Shown piece by piece: positions 1 to 12,300 of a DNA stretch of 64,000 nt. Each line of letters opens with the position of its first letter. Position 1 is the first letter of the stretch. The notes under the pieces were generated by a model that was given only the letters and a program-made list of their open reading frames with translations, searched no databases and had not been told where the DNA came from. The position numbers and the translations under genes are program-made. The stretch is taken from assembly GCA_051294375.1 (NCBI GenBank), contig CM119269.1, positions 17,470,265 through 17,534,264 of the forward strand, in the 5' to 3' direction. The stretch comes from Paraspadella gotoi. Its lineage: Eukaryota; Animalia; Chaetognatha.

Positions 1-1339
1 GCCAACGTAATTAAGGTTAGTAGCGGGTTTGTTTCCTGGACGTTTTTCTTAATTTAGTTCTTTTACTTATATATATTTTATTCTCTAATCTTTGTAAAAT
101 TCTGATAAATGAGCAATGATATTTAACCAGATTCGGCTTCATTCTTCGTCTTCACCGACAAAAGAGTCGGAGGCGCGGCTGAAGAGAGAGCAGCAGGCGG
201 AACGAATGCGAGAGATAGCGGCTCGGAGGCGGAAAGAAGTGAAGCGCAAGAAAGTACGGGGGGCGGTCGAGGAGTTGGAGAGGGAGGAAGAGAAACTCAA
301 CCTGGAAATGGTGAGATTGACTCAGAGAATTTCACGAACCTCGCCCGATATTTTAGTTTTTTCTTCTCCCACATTAGGCTCGACTTAGACGCCTGACCAG
401 CGTAAAGGACAAGGCCGCAGGCGTGAGCGCCGGAAGAGGCGCGGGCGATGATGGAGGCAGCAGGGGCGGAGAAGGCGAGGAAAAATTCGAGATCGAAATG
501 GCGAATTTGGGATTCACGACTACGCAACAACTCGACAACGCTATCGCAAAACTGCGCGCAAAAATAGATCGCCTCAAGGAAAATGTGAGAACGTTTAAGG
601 TTAACAGTCTTAACCAAAAAAATTAAAGTTTATACGAAAATAACAAAAAACGTCACGTACTAATCCCCTCCCTAGGGCCATACATCAGTCTCAAAGCTCG
701 CTTCCAGTAATGACGTCGTCACTCTCGACGAAGCTGCGAACTCGTCGTCAAAACTTGTCTTTGATCTTCTCGAAGTTCCGGACAATCAACTTTCGGATGA
801 ACAACTCGCCGCCAAAAAGAAACAACTCACTCTGCATCGGCTGCAACAAGTGATAATTTATATTTGATTTAACTTGATGTTTTGATCCACTTTACCAATT
901 TAATCTAATCCTCAATCAATCTACTTAAGTATATTACCATTAGTTTTTATCTCACCAGACGGGCTTAAGCTTAAGCTCAATGAATGATTATCATCGCATC
1001 AATGAATGGCTATCATCGCAATTACTATTATATCAGTCAATCAATTATTATTATATCAATCAATCAATTATTTTTACATCAATAATTTGTTATCGCATCA
1101 ATCTTTTTTTTTTTAGATTTTTTTATTAATTTTCTTTGATAGTAACGTCTGGCGAGATCACTATACTTTAATATTTTTTAATTGATCCTTTATTTTTGTT
1201 GTTTTGTTGAATTAGAAGAAACGAAATTTTCGTGGAACAACAAAATAATTTTATTAGCATAAAATTTGGACATATTTCGGCTTTGTTCTTCAAGCATTTG
1301 AAAAGGACACAAAAATTTTTTTACAAACATTGAGTTGGT

Positions 1340-1383
<44 letters not shown>

Positions 1384-4300
1384 GAGTTTCCAACAAATAA
1401 TTTAGTAAGGGACAGTGGTCAGTAGAGTGATGTGAAAATGATAAAATTTTAGAAAATTAAAATTTAGCATATAAAACATGAACATAAAAACCAATAAAAA
1501 TATTTTGGTAAATTTATTTTTTAATTTTATACATTAGTGGGCACCAGTGAGCTATATTTATATATAGTAATAAGTATATAATAGGCTAAAATTTCAAAAT
1601 ACAAATTTTTAAATTTTAAGATCGAATTTGGATTCCTTGCAAAAAGTTATTATAAGAAAGTATTATTCTTTTTTTTTAAATTCTTTCATTAAGTTAGTCA
1701 AAAATGTAAAAAACTATATTTAAGACGCCGATTTTAAATTTCCAGCTTAAAAATATAGTTTTTTGTAATTTTAACCTACTTAATGACATAATTTTTGAAA
1801 AAGATTTATACTTTCTTTTAATAACTTTTAACGAGGAATCTGAATCTGTTCTCAGAATTAAAAAAAAACCATTTTGAAATTTTGACATTATATAATAGAG
1901 TGGAGCACTTGGGAACATAAATTTTATTTGAGTGAACAAACAAGGATTTTTAGATGTGAGATCGTATGATTAAGGAGTACAAAAAATATTTTGCTTGTAT
2001 TTTTTGGGGAACACTATCATTAATTACAATATATTTATAGTAATATCCTTAAAAAATAATAAATTTTTAAAATATTTTTTTTAAAATTTTTATTAAAGAT
2101 TCTGATTCTTCATAAAAAGTTAGATCAAAAATATAAAACATGTTATTAACAATTTCAATGCCTTCAGTATCAAAAATTGAAAAAAAGGTTAAAATTTCCC
2201 CCTTTTTTATGCTCTGTAGTAGAAACTATTATATGATGAAACGTTTTAGTCATTTTTCGCAGTTTTAACCTAAAAATATCATAAAACATATTTTACAAAA
2301 GTTTTTCAGTTTTTTCTAGCAAATCCAAAACAGTTCTTAAAATTAAAAAAATATGATTTTGAAATTTTATGATTTCATAAGGATATTACTATAAAGAAAA
2401 TTCAATTAATGATACTGTTATGCAAAATTTATTTGAAAAAGGTCATAATTATTTTTTTATTACATATACAAAGGCAGCAAAAAAACATTGTTCCATCATT
2501 CAATCTTTTCATCACTCCACCCTATTATATAAGGGTAGTACCATATACAAAATAAGCTGACTGGGCTACTATATTTATAAAAAAAGAAAAATAATTACAG
2601 ATTAGTATTCACTAATATGATAGTTTTCAAGATATAACTGCTAAATTTTGATTCCAAACTTTCACTTTACCCTAGTGGTCAGATGTGAGAATAGGTGAAG
2701 ATGAGGACAGGGATGAAGAGAGAGTAAAAGTGAAATTTGGTGAAAGGTGAGAGAGAGAGAGAGAGAGAATCACTGTGCAAAATATATATATTTTTCACTT
2801 ACCTTAATCTTATCTATCCCTCAAAAAATTATTTCATTTTCATTTCACTTAATACTACAAAATTGCACAAACATTAACTAAATCACTTATTTATTTATAA
2901 ATTCTCTGTTATGTTTAGTCTTTTCAACACCATTTATTCTTTGTTGTACATTACCAAATGTATATTTTGCACAGTGATTCTCTCTCTCTCTCTTTCACCT
3001 TTCACCAAATTTCACTTTTACTCTCTCTTCATCCCTGTCCTCATCTTCACCTATTCTCACATCTGACCACTGTCCCTTACTAAATTTCTTGTTGGAAACT
3101 CTCTCTCTCTCACCAACTCAATGTTTGTAAAAAAATTGTTGTCTTTTTCAAATGCTGATGAAGGCTTGAAGAACAAAGCCGAAACATGTCCAAATTTTAT
3201 GCTAATAAAATTATTTTGTTGTTCCACGAAAATTTCGTTTCTTCTAATATTTTTTAAATAATTTTAAAGGGTCGAATTCGCGCCAGAGTTGCGAGGGAGC
3301 AAAAGAAAGGGATGAACTCGGTGGATTCTAAACGATTAGAGGAGAAGCGCACCCGCGACTTTAAAGTGACTCTCTCATGCGAGTTTGGTGGTTCTTAATA
3401 CTCAGTTATTTTGCCAATTTCTTTGAAAAAAGGGATGGCTGAACGAAATTCGCAAGCGACGCCACGACATCCTCGCGTCCAAAACGCGCCGCCATCAGCG
3501 CAAGTCGGAAATGGCCAAGCGTCATTCTGCGGCTGCGCAGAAGAGGATGAAAATAATCACGGAGCTCGCCAAGGGCGGCGGCGGCGGGGCCAAGTAAGCT
3601 GCTTAGCGTTAGGTATCGCTCCCATGGGATGAAGGTGGTCCTTATTTCCTGTTATCTATTCCTGGTTAAACGTTTTAGTTTCAAATAGAAAAAACCGTGG
3701 CGACTCTTTCGGATCTCGCGAAGAAGATTGGGAGGTTTACAAACGCATCGACCTCGAGGGTGGAGAATCCGAGAGCGAGGAAGAGAACGAAGCCCTTGAG
3801 CGCATCGAACGAATCCTCAAAGATCACGACCCCGAGTTTAGCGAGATCGGCTTCATTGGAACCAGGTTATTTAGTCGGATCTGCTTATCAGCAGATTCCG
3901 ACTCTATAATCCACTTTGTCGGTCCGTCGGTCCGCCCCCTCAATCTTGTTGGGCATTAACTTTTTTCATGTCAGAACATTGAATTGTGTTAAATTATGCA
4001 AAAAACTCCAATTACTCGTGATTGGATGGTTGGATTGGAATGAAATTTTGTGTGGGTAGGAAAGAGTGTGATTGAGCTGGATATAAAGTTTCATTGGAAT
4101 CGTGCGAGTGGAAATTAGTTTAAATCGCAAAAACAAAAGTCTTATTTATTTGAAGTATTTTTACTTATATTTATTCATAATTATTATATTTATTAAAAAT
4201 TTTATAGATGAATTGAAATGAAATTCTGTGTGTGGGTAGGAAATAGCTGGAAATAAATTTTTGATGAAATCTGTTAGAGTGGAAAAGAATTTAAATTAGA

Positions 4301-6179
4301 AAACCAAAAGATTTATTTGAATTTTTAAAAATTTCTCTCTTACTCTTCTCTCTCTGATTGATTGATTGATTTATTGAAAGTTGAAAAAAAATTATGTCAG
4401 TTGACCAAATTATGTCAGTTGACCAAATTATGCAAGTTGACCAAATTATGCAAGTTGACCAAATTATGCAAGTTGACCAAATTATGCAAGTTGACCAAAT
4501 TATGCAAGTTGACCAAATTATGCAAGTTGACCAAATTATGCAAGTTGACCAAATTATGCAAGTTGACCAAATTATGCAAGTTGACCAAATTATGCAAGTT
4601 GACCAAATTATGCAAGTTGACCAAATTATGCAAGTTGACCAAATTATGCAAGTTGACCAAATTATGCAAGTTGACCAAATTATGCAAGTTGACCAAATTA
4701 TGCAAGTTGGTATTGGCGAGGCTACTGGTAATGATTGATAGATTTATAGATTTTTTCATAGATTTATTAAGAAGTCTCTTATGATTTTTTACGTTACAAC
4801 GTGTTATGATCTGTTAAGATCACAAATTGAAAGTCAGAAAACATTACCGTGATTTATCATCGGATAAGCTTATTACCGCTTAATTATCGTATGCAGATCC
4901 GACATTGTTTGCTCAAACTTGTTCACAAAAATTCCTCTCAGCTCGCGAAACGTCGAACGCGACCGGATAGAGATTGGCCTTGAGCAAATTCGTGTCCCCG
5001 AAATACTCTTCCAACCTTCAATCGTCGGTCGAGATCAGGTATACAGAAGGCTTCATATTAGAAAATGCTCTCCCATTTTTTCGAACCGAGAATCGGTTCT
5101 GATCAAACTACTCGGTCAACTTCGGAGAAATTTTGCTCGAATAAATTTCAAATGGGACTATCGAGGGGATTTTTGAAATTTGACCTATGACCCTGAGATA
5201 TGGACCCAGGCGGGCAAAAAATGGGCAAAATATTTTTAAAAATTTTGTTAATTTTTTTATTCTGATCAGTTGTAGAAAAGTACATTTATTATGACGAAAA
5301 AATTTTGGCTCTATTTGCAGGATCATAAACATAAGAGGTTCATGTCAGCTTTTGAGTGGAGCCGAAATTAAATATAAAATGATGGACTCATCAAGTTTAA
5401 AAGAAGAAAAATAAATTTAAATTTATGAAAATTGATATTGATTTTAAAATGTTTTTTTCTACGCAATTGATCACACACAAAAATTTATCTTTAAAGAAAA
5501 AAAATATTGTCATTTTTTGACCCCCTGGCAGGGCAAGGGCTCTTTATCAGGGGTAAAATATTGAAAATCGCTTCGATAGTTCCATTAGTATGGCCATTGG
5601 GATACTGTATGCAAAATAAAATAGAATTCTCGGTCAGAAAAACGGGGAAAGCATTTTCTAATACTTGGCCTTTTCTGACATTTTCTTTTTTTTTCTCCTT
5701 GACACTTAATACGTATTTCTAATAGATGGGGTTAGCTGAGTGCGCGGAGTCGGTCTTGGCATTGTTCCAGGAGGATAGGAGGCAGAGGCTCGTCGACAAT
5801 ATTTTTGTCACCGGAGGTTCCGCTCAGTTTCGCGGAATGGAAGACCGAATTCAAGCCGAGGTGAAGGAGCGTCAAAGAAAGGAGTAAATTTTAAATAAAT
5901 ATCAATAAGAAAAAATTAAAAAACTTAGCCATTCGCTTTTTTCGGCTTTCTCAGATTACTATGATGCGGCCCTTTGGCTCCACCTCTTGCGTCACGACTG
6001 CGCGGTCCCCTTCCCTCGACGCTTGGCACGGAGCTCGGGCGTGGGCGCTTGACGGAACGAATATTGAAAGATTTTCTCTCGCTCGGGCTGATTATCTCGA
6101 GATGGGAGGCGATTATCTAAAGGAACACACGCTCTCCAATCGATTCGTGAAACTCTATTCCTCCGGTTCTCAAGGTTGA
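1..6179 (+). CDS. ACTR5: Actin-related protein 5 (INO80 subunit), multi-exon, 5' part outside the window
   Basis: Manually spliced exons give REQQAERMREIAARRRKE, KRHSAAAQKRMKII, GDSFGSREEDWEVYK, EQIRVPEILFQPS, NIFVTGG, MMRPF, PSLDAWHGAR and YLEMGGDYLKEH..SN, all Arp5-type motifs; stop at 6177-6179. Confidence 0.93.
1211..3248. mobile_element. Penelope-like remnant with nested inverted repeats in an ACTR5 intron
   Basis: 1211-1421 is the reverse complement of 3064-3248 (the arm with hammerhead A; the left arm lacks CTGATGA); 2674-2788 is the reverse complement of 2961-3071. Inverted truncated terminal repeats are typical of Penelope-like elements. Confidence 0.65.
3150..3197 (+). ncRNA. Minimal type I hammerhead ribozyme motif (Penelope-like element type), copy A
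   Basis: aaatg-CTGATGA-a-ggctt(gaagaaca)aagcc-GAAA-catGTC-caaattt: catalytic core, stem II, palindromic ACATGT stem III, imperfect stem I; AATAAA just downstream. Confidence 0.8.
3869..4923 (+). mobile_element. DINE-1/HINE-like (Helentron-associated) non-autonomous element, family 1, with central tandem repeat
   Basis: Subterminal inverted repeats GTCGGATCTGC...GCAGATCCGAC, 5' stem-loop, GTCC/GTCG microsatellite, 3' hairpin GTTTGCTCAAAC, T-rich ends; homologous to 8360-9153. Confidence 0.8.
4389..4708 (+). repeat. 18-bp tandem repeat (AAATTATGCAAGTTGACC), about 18 near-identical units
   Basis: Direct inspection; no spacers; lies inside the HINE-like element. Confidence 0.97.
5048..5671. mobile_element. 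MITE-like element with long imperfect terminal inverted repeats
   Basis: Left ggcttcaTATTAGAAAATGCTctcccatttttt..accgagaat versus right attctcggtcagaaaaacggggaaAGCATTTTCTAATActtggcc. Confidence 0.65.
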
Positions 6180-6387
6180 TGGAATTTTCGTCACGCCCCA
6201 CTTCATATTTTATATTCTTTAGCCTTTTCCAAACCTTTTCCGATATTTTACATTTCATTTTCATACGAAGCATTTTGACATGTCAGTCAGACTGAACATC
6301 TTCGTAAAGACATTAACTTTCAAGCGATGTCACAACCTTGCCTTATAAGTTAAAATCAATCTTGCCTTAAAAAATCAAGAATTAACA

Positions 6388-9300
6388 ATGGGGGCGGGAA
6401 AAATCGAGGTGTTTTGGTATCCTTATGAGTCTAACAAATTTATCTCCCACGGATCCGAGCTCTGCCTGTTTCGAGTCCGTCGGTTGGCTCCCAACGAAGT
6501 CACCAAAACCGGTGTGCAAAGGGTGAACGAATCCTCGATCGCCGAGATCCTCGCTGTTCATTCCGATCAGCATTACACGCGATGCGTTTCTTGCTATTGC
6601 GGCAAGTTGGGATTTCCACTGTTAGCGTTGGGTGGCGCCAACGGTCGCGTCTCACTCCAGTCCTTCAAGCAGATGGGAATTGACTCGCCGCTGGTCGGCA
6701 TGGAGCTGGTTCCGCGCTACGCTCGGCCCTGCAACTGCGTTGCGTGGAGTCCTTCGGAGAACTACGCCAACCTCATGGCCGTCGGGCTGGACAAGCATCG
6801 GAACGAGGCGGGGCTACTCATTTGGGACGTCGCTGCTAAGCATCAGGTTGAAGGGCGCGGGGTGATTCTTGTCCTTTTGAAATGAAAGAAAAAGCGGACC
6901 TTCCTCAAATGATTTTCTCTATGGCAAGAGGTCCGACGGATCCTCGTTGCGGCCGACGGCCGAATATGGCGGCGGTGAGGGCGTCAATTCCCTCGCCTGG
7001 TTTCCTCAAACACCCAAGCGTCTGGTAGCGGGTGAGGGAAAGAAGAGCGAGGGCGTGCTGTTAGAACATCTTTAGTGTAATACTAATTCCGTTCCCGATC
7101 TACTCCCTTGTTTTACTTTTTAGGGGCGAACAGAGCCGTTAAGGTTTACGACATGAGAGACGCTGGAAAGACACCCACCATGTACAGTCAAACTAAGGTA
7201 AAGTTAGAACAGCATTACCAATTTACCAATGATGTGATTTTTTTTCCGAATTAACTTTTATTTTTTTATCTTGTAACGCTTTTGCGCATAAGTGGCGTAG
7301 TCGTCGTCGGCGTTCCAACTTAGCGATCGCCTTTTTGATGATTAAATTTGGGTGTATGAAGCTGAAAATTTATATACAGCTTCTCATCATCAAGGTCCTT
7401 GAAATTGGGTGAGGACAGTTATTAAATATGTTTTGTTTACGTTTTATCAAAACAAACAATTTCCTCTATAATTTTTATGTCTCCTTCTCTCTCTCTTTTC
7501 TTTTTTAATTATATGTAGCTCTCTCTCTCTCTCTTTTCCCCAGGCTGATTCATCAAAAAAAAAACGAGTCTGCAGCTGGCTCTGCAGGGGCTTTTTCTTT
7601 TTTTCTCTTTTCTCCTGCTGCTTCTGCTGCTGCCTTTTGATTTTTTCAGGCTGCCTCTGCTGATTCGTCCGAAAACGATTTGGCTTCTCTCTCTCTTTAT
7701 TAAAAAAAAATTGAATTAGGATTGAACTCGTAAAATTAGGCATCGCATTCTTGCATGTTATCATTTTGTATCGCAACATCGGGTTTTTATTTCGTTCTTT
7801 CTACTCGTCACTCTCTTTATTTTTATTTTTCTTTCTTTCCTTTATATTCTTTCTTTCCTTTCTTTTATTTCTTTCCTTTCTATTCTTTATTTCCTTTCTA
7901 TTCATTATTTCCTTTCTATTCATTCTTTCCTTTCTATTCATTCGTTCCTTTCTATTCATTCTTTCCTTTCAATTCTTTCTTTCCTTTCTATTCTTTCTTT
8001 CCATTCTATTCTTTTTTTCTTTCTATTCTTTCTTTCCTTTCTATTCTTTCTTTCCTTTCTATTCTTTCTTTCCTTTCTATTCTTTCTTTCCTTTCTTTTG
8101 TTTCTATTCTTTCTTTTTTTTTTATTCTTTCTTTCCTTTCTATTCTTTCTTTTCTTTCTATTCTTTCTTTTCTTTCTATTCTCTCTTTCCTTTCTATTCT
8201 TTCTTTTTTTTCTATTCTTTCTTTCCTTTCTATTCTTTCTTTCTTTTCTATTCTTTCTTTCAATTTATTCTTTTTTTATTTTTCTTTCTTTTTATAAATC
8301 AATTTTCTTTTCTCAAATTTGATTTTTTTTAGTATCAAAATTTGTCTTCAATCCAGATTTTTAGTCGGATCTGCTTTCAGCAGATCCCAACTCTATAATT
8401 CACTTTGTCGGTCCGTCCCCCCAATCTTGTCGGGCATTCACTTATATCATGTCAGAACATCGAATTATAATAAATTATGCAAAAAAAAAAAAGATGTCCG
8501 TCTGTCCGTCCATCCGTCCTACCTTAGCAAAAAACACCAATTACTCGTGATTGGATGGATGGATTGGAATGAAATTTTGTGTGTGGGTAGGGAAGTGTGT
8601 GATTGAGCTGGATATATGAAGTTTTGATGGAATCGTCCAACTGGAAATGAGTTTAAATGGAAAAAACAAAAAAATATATTTCGCTATTTGAACACCAATT
8701 ACTAATAAGTGGATTTGGCGATTGACTTGAAATTTTGTATTTGGGTAAAAAAGTTTGTGTTTAAACTGGAAATAAAGTTTCGATGGAATTGTTTGAGTGG
8801 AAATGAGTTTAAATGGAAAAAACAAAGAACCTGTTTTACTAATTTATTATGCTTCTTTTTCTTTTTATTTGAAATGTAAATGCAAGATGTATTAATTAAT
8901 CAAATAATTAATCAGTTAATTAATCAATTAGTCAATTAATTAATCAATAATTAATTAATCCGTCAATTAATCAATTAAAATAAACATTTTGGATTAAATT
9001 AATTAATTAATTGCCTAATTAATTATATAATTTACTTGAATAAATTAATTATTAATTAAATAGTTAATTAACTTGAATGAATTATTAATTAATTTATTAA
9101 TTGATTACCGATAATGATCGTGGGCAGATCCGACATTGTTTGCTCAAACTTGTTTTTATGCGATTGCGACGATCCTTATGCTTTTAATGTTTCAGACGGT
9201 GAACGGTGTCTGCGTGGATTCCTTCAACGAACACCGCGTCGCCGCCTTCAGCGAATCCATCATTTCAATTTGGGACACCAGGAGTTTCGAGAAGCCGCTC

Positions 9301-12300
9301 ATCACTTTGAACGAGACCAAAAACGTGATGAGGTCGGTTTTAGTTTTACTTTGCTTTTTTTTTTCACTAATTTCGGTTTACTTCCTTTTTCTTAGAATCG
9401 CGTGGAGTCCAACGAGGGGAGGTCTGCTGGCAAGCCTTTCCAAAGAAAGTTTTACTTTAGCCTTACACGACGTGCAGACTTCGGTGAGTGTGGAATCAAC
9501 GATTCAACTACGTAATCCTTAATTTCTACGTAGTATTTGTCAAAGGATTTTTCGAACTGTCCAAAACTTTTGAACAGATAGTGACGGACGAACCCGATCT
9601 CGTCGCGCTGACGCGTAACATCGATTGCCAGAGAAAAAACGTCAATCTCGCCGCCTTCGCCTGGCACCCGACCGACGAAAACCGGTAACGTTTAGAAACG
9701 ATGATCCTCTTTTTTCTTAGTCATACGAAAACTAATCCATTTTTTTATTTTTCTAGTTTGTTGACCGTTTCCTCCAACGGCTCCCTTCACGACGGCGTGG
9801 TTTTCGAACGAATGCCAGTGCTGATGTCGTCGGACCTGGGCATTGCCTGGTCCACCGGGAAGGACGTCAGGTACGGCAAGATGGAAGCCTGGCGACCGGA
9901 CCACGCCCCTCTTGTCGACCTCGACGCCCTCCGACGAGACATCTCCTTTAAAATGCGGGAGAGAGTGGCCGCTGGATACGGACTAAATCCCGATCCGAAC
10001 CAAGGTCAATAAAGGATCGAAATTCAGTTATGAAGGGTGAGATCAGCATAAAGATTTCCGCGCTCTCATCTTTCAGGCGTTTTATTCCGAAACGCGGGAG
10101 TAGTTTCCGACGACCCGAAACTCGCCGACGTCTGGCGGAGGTTGAAAGAATTTACGACGGTGACGGAATCCACGGCCCTGCTGTCGGTCGCTCGGTGCGA
10201 CACTAAATCCCGCTCTCATCGCGTGAGCCCAGTTTCTGGCGCCGATTTCCACGCGGGTGTCTCCGTCGTCGCCGGCGTGAAATCCGCTCTCGTCTTCTCC
10301 GAAGTATCGGAGGTGGGACAGTCCTGCCCGCGCAGCACCATTGAGTTCGTGTCGTGGAAGGGTGTGAACGGAGGTGGACATGCCCCCGCCTACCGCGGCA
10401 AGGGCCGATCCCGCGGGCTCCGTATTTGCGGCTGGGAGGCAGATCGCGATTCGAGGGCATTCGAGGCTTTTCTTCTGCGTCTGGTTGTCGGCGGAGAATT
10501 CGAACGCGCCGCCGCCGTCGCCCTCTTCAATCTCGATCTCAAGTTGGCCATCGACGTGTTGAGGGTGGCCGACGCCGCCTACGCCGGTGAGGAGAAGGAA
10601 TATATTACCGTATATATTGTGAAATGGTGAAGGCAAAATATCTCTACAGCCGACTTGTATTTTATTTTATAATGGCAACGGTCTCTCTTCAATCCCAGCG
10701 ACGAAAGACAAGCCCGCCGGCGAACGCTTCGTCCTCTTCGATCTCTCTCACGCCTTCGCTTCGCTCAAATCCAACGCCAAAGTCACCGTCTCCGTTCCTC
10801 CAGACAAAAGCCCCGGAGACACCATCAAATTTTGCATCATGGCCTTGTCAGGTTCTCCTGCTGTTCAATAGTAGAATCCGACTGCGTTTACCAAAACATT
10901 TGTCAAATATCTTAACATACGACATTAAAACTGGTCATTGACCACTCGTTAGGCTTCACTCAAGAGAAGACGGGCCTCTGGCGCGACCTCTGCTTGAGCC
11001 TCTATCCTCAGCTTAGCGATCCCTACCTCCGCGCCCTCTTCGCATTCCTCACCGCCGACGACGTGGACGACGAGCGGAGCCGCGCCCTCGAAGACGCCGT
11101 CGACCTCAAACTCTGCGACCGAGTCGCCCTCGCCTTGATCTACGTGCCCGACGGAAAGCTTTACGACTTCATAGGCGAGTTTTTCTATATGTTCCATCTG
11201 AGATTGAGTGTCTTAGTCGTCGTTATAGTTGTCGTTGTTTTGTGTTTTGTGTTGATTTAGTATCGTTGTTTTGCTGTTCTTTTTGTTTGGTTATTAGTGC
11301 TAATACGTTTAAAAAAACTCGAAGATTGACCGATTGCTTAAGAGTTTGGATTTTACGTATGCATTATGCAAGTATTTTTGGGAAAAATTAATATTACCGT
11401 AATACGTCGTTAATTTTCTGTTAATAAAGTGAGTAAAGACAAAAATCATTTTGTAGCTCAATGTTATCTAACGATATGAATTTATAATAGGTTTAAAAGT
11501 TTTTGATAGTTTCTAATCAGAGGGCGATTGTTTTGCAGTGTTCAGCGGCGCGGCATTATGCCTTTTGTTTAATTTGTGACGGCGTCCGCCTCCTTTTGTC
11601 AACGATGAGTAAAGAGAGAGAGAAACTGAGGATTGCCGAAGTTGTTTACATTCTGAGAGACGCGCTGGCTGCGTTTCCAAATGGAGACCAAGTGTTTAAT
11701 ATTATTGGAATGAAAACTTTATTTTTCACGCCTGATAAAATCATAAATTACCATGTTTTTATTTTTTATCCGATTTGGGGTAAAAAATGGTCCTTGGCTG
11801 TGGGGTATTGCACAAAAATTTTAAAAATACTCTTCTTAATTTGATGGTTTTAAATCTTACATTAAGCCTAACGAGTAACGAAGTGTACTTTAATCGTTAA
11901 TTACAAGTTTAATTTTCTTTTGCATGGAACTCTTGTATTTTTTGTCGTATATAAATGAGATACAGCTCATATAAGTGACAAGAGGCCAAAGTTTTTTAAT
12001 ATTTAAACTTTATTATTCGATTCTTATATTAAAATGCTGAAAAATACCTGGAAAGTAACCGCGGCAATTTTATTTTCCATCATGGTATGTATTCTAATGA
12101 TGAAAACGTTCAATCACATAATGGAGTGCCGTGCAAGAATAAAAGAAAATTAATAGTTGATATATTTTAGTTTTCGTTGGTTTATTTTTCAAACAGTTTT
12201 CAAACTCATTCATTTTAACGCTGTTTTTAAGTATATTTATATTTATTCTTTCCTTCTTCGTCTTTCAGACAAACTGACTCGTTCCCTAGTCGAGGCGGGC

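Noticed and set aside
4362-4784. ORFs (CKLTKL)n, (MQVDQI)n, (NLHNLV)n and a CRISPR-like look
   Set aside because: Products of a spacer-less 18-bp tandem repeat inside an intronic transposon; no unique spacers and no cas genes.
7751-8332. Long F/S/L-rich and K/E/R-rich ORFs (also 42.0-42.4, 46.5-47.0 and 56.9-57.4 kb)
   Set aside because: Simple-sequence tracts in introns, open in several frames because they lack stop codons.
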